NCBI GenBank assembly: GCA_002269645.1
Contig: NIVC01002687.1
Span: 62,001-126,000, forward strand
DNA length: 64,000 bases
Reading direction: 5' to 3'
DNA from: Macrostomum lignano
Taxonomy: Eukaryota
Positions 62,045 to 64,000 of the stretch are shown here, in pieces (the first letter of the stretch is position 1; each line of letters starts with the position of its first letter). The position numbers were made by a program, and so were the translations under genes. Under the pieces are notes generated by a model, which worked only from the letters and a program-made list of their open reading frames with translations, searched no databases and was not told the origin of the DNA.

Positions 62045-64000
62045 CACAGACTGACAGACAGACACACAGACTGACAGACAGGATACTCACAGCTCTCCGT
62101 GCTCATTCTTCTGAGTCAGCTCTCCATACGCCAGGTTCCCGATCACACGCCGGGCTTCCTGCAGCTCTTCTCCTGTGCAGGTAAAGTCAGTGAGGAATTA
62201 AGTATAAAAGCAGCTCATAGTCCCAATACTCAGCAATTTCATCTCAAACAAGCAAAGGCGGAGAGCCTCACTGCAGACGAAGTCCGCAGCCGCAGAGCTG
62301 CCTCGCTGAGCTCCCAGAAAAATCGCAGCCTGACGCCTTGGCTGAAGGAGATGCAGCTGCTGAGGCTGCTGGGCGCTGGCCCCAGCAACAGTTGCTGAGC
62401 TGCCATTGGCGGCAGCGCCGGTGTCGAACTTTCTCGGTCGACCGCGCTTGCGCTTCTCAGGCGCGACGGGCTGAGGAGGCACCGGAGGCTGCTGCTGCTG
62501 CACCGGTGGCTCAGCATTGACGGTCATGCTGTGCTGCTGCCTGAATTCGGGTGTGGGAATGAAGTGACAAGCTTGATGCAGTGTGCTCTGTGCTCAGGGC
62601 TCACGGTTTTGTGCAATCAATGGTGCTGAATTACCTGACTTCGTGAGCTGCCTGCGGCGGCCACTGCACCTGCTGATGCTCTTCGTGGCTGGGCGGCGTG
62701 TGGACCTGAAATCCTGGCGGGGAGGCGTTCGATGAGTAGGGCGAAGGTGCCAAGGTTGTGGTTGTTGTGGAGCTCAGCTGGCGGCGTCGCCGGTCCGGCA
62801 CCTCGCCGCGGTTGTAGCCGTCTCCGTCCTCGAGCTCGCGCAGGATGTCGTCGTCATCGTCGCTGCCTTCGGCGCAGCCCCTGGCGAGTTTGGAAAAGTT
62901 CGTCGTGGTCTGTGGGTCAATGGAATGCGGCGGAGCCTTCGGCAGGTACAGCTGCTGGCTGCTCCTGCGGCTGCTGTCCAAGCCGCCCGCGTCATCGTCG
63001 GAACCCGAGGCCTGCCAATCATCGCTGTCGAGGACATCGGGGATGCCGATGACCTGGAGAAGGAGATGGGGCGTTGTTGAGACTGGATACTGGGCTGCAT
63101 TCACAAATGGACACTTTGAGCAGCATGCACTGAGCACAGGGAAGTCAAGTCACACCGGATCGCATTCACAAATGCACATTTTGAGCAGGATGCACTGAGC
63201 TCAAGGAAGTCACACTGGATCTCATTCACAAATGCACACTTTGAGCAGGATGCACTGAGCTCAAGGAAGTCACACTGGATCGCATTCACAAGTGCACACT
63301 TTGAGCAGGATGCACTGAGCACAGGGAAGTCACACTGGATCGCATTCACAAATGCACACTTTGAGCAGGATGCACTGAGCTCAGGGAAGTCACACTGGAT
63401 CGCATTCACAAATGGACACTTTGAGCAGGATGCACTGAGCTCAGGGAAGTTACACTGGATCTCATTCACAAATGCACACTTTGAGCAGGATGCACTGAGC
63501 TCAAGGAAGTCACACTGGATCGCATTCACAAATGCACACTTTGAGCAGCATGCACTGAGCACAGGGAAGTCACACTGGATCGCATTCACAAATGCACACT
63601 TTGAGCAGGATGCACTGAGCTCAAGGAAGTCACACTGGATCTCATTCACAAATGCACACTCTGAGCAGGATGCACTGAGCTCAAGGAAGTCACACTGGAT
63701 CGCATTCACAAATGGACACTTTGAGCAGGATGCACTGAGCTCAGGGAAGTTACACTGGATCGCATTCGCAAGTGCACACTTTGAGCAGGATGCACTGAGG
63801 TCAGGGAAGTTACCTGTGTCTGAGATCTGTCGATTCCGGCAGCAGCGTCGGCAGCGGCGGCAGCTTCGGCGGCCTTCCTGCGCCGGTTCTCAAAGTTCAG
63901 CTTCGGTATCGGCTGCGAGTTGATGCTGGCAAGAAGCTGGGCGGCCCGACGGCCAGGTGGTGCGGCTGGTGATGCCACGTCACGGCTGACATCCAAGCTT
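58813..64000 (-). CDS. AT-hook plus ankyrin-repeat protein, paralogue B (5' end lies right of the window)
   Basis: Exons >64000-63814, 63053-62635, 62540-62272, 62172-62091, 61835-61525, 60334-59945 and 58934-58813 join in frame with canonical sites. Motifs: acidic/Ser/Gln-rich N-terminus, KRKRGRPRK (NLS/AT-hook), and ankyrin-like [42 protein letters not shown] and LISCGADP. Ends YNMLKSFTA*. Confidence 0.8.
58940..59925. repeat. Last-intron arrays of paralogue B: ~11 x 41-46-bp unit (58940-59400) and 6 x 84-bp unit (59400-59925)
   Basis: Reverse complements of the units at 412-1080. Confidence 0.95.
61305..61520. repeat. 36-bp intronic minisatellite (~6 copies)
   Basis: GTGAGGCCAAGGACCCCTGAGACAGCCACTTCAGCT repeats directly. 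Confidence 0.93.
61860..62080. repeat. (GACA)n intronic microsatellite
   Basis: Direct tetranucleotide repeat. Confidence 0.95.
63095..63813. repeat. 60-bp intronic minisatellite (~12 copies)
   Basis: The pseudo-ORF has a 20-aa period and the array runs up to the splice donor at 63813. Confidence 0.95.

Overview
This is animal genomic DNA with spliced GT-AG genes and minisatellite-filled introns. Its style recalls the flatworm Macrostomum lignano, but that attribution is unverified. Host genes reconstructed exon by exon: OGFOD3 (2 exons, 314 aa), a 16-exon cGMP-dependent protein kinase (730 aa, PKG-II/Pkg21D-like), a 92-aa coiled-coil ORF, and two inverted, near-identical paralogues of an AT-hook/ankyrin-repeat gene at the two ends of the window. 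The main finding is a 20-kb nest of DNA transposons at 4132-24236, where each layer is bounded by its own target-site duplication (TSD). At its core is a young 15.2-kb Foldback-type Mutator-like element (MULE; 7010-22205, 9-bp TSD GTTTTAGGG) with 2.5-3.5-kb terminal inverted repeats (TIRs) that contain 167-bp satellite arrays. It encodes an intact spliced DDE/SWIM transposase, a spliced USP (peptidase C19) deubiquitinase with all catalytic motifs (frame-compatible with a transposase-USP fusion), and a convergent orphan gene with 24 KKAEEA repeats. The layout is reminiscent of MuDR mudrA/mudrB and of the VANDAL anti-silencing elements. Also present: a decayed RTE-type LINE, a decayed autonomous-type hAT, several MITEs and many tandem arrays. 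All alignments were done by eye and no database search was run.
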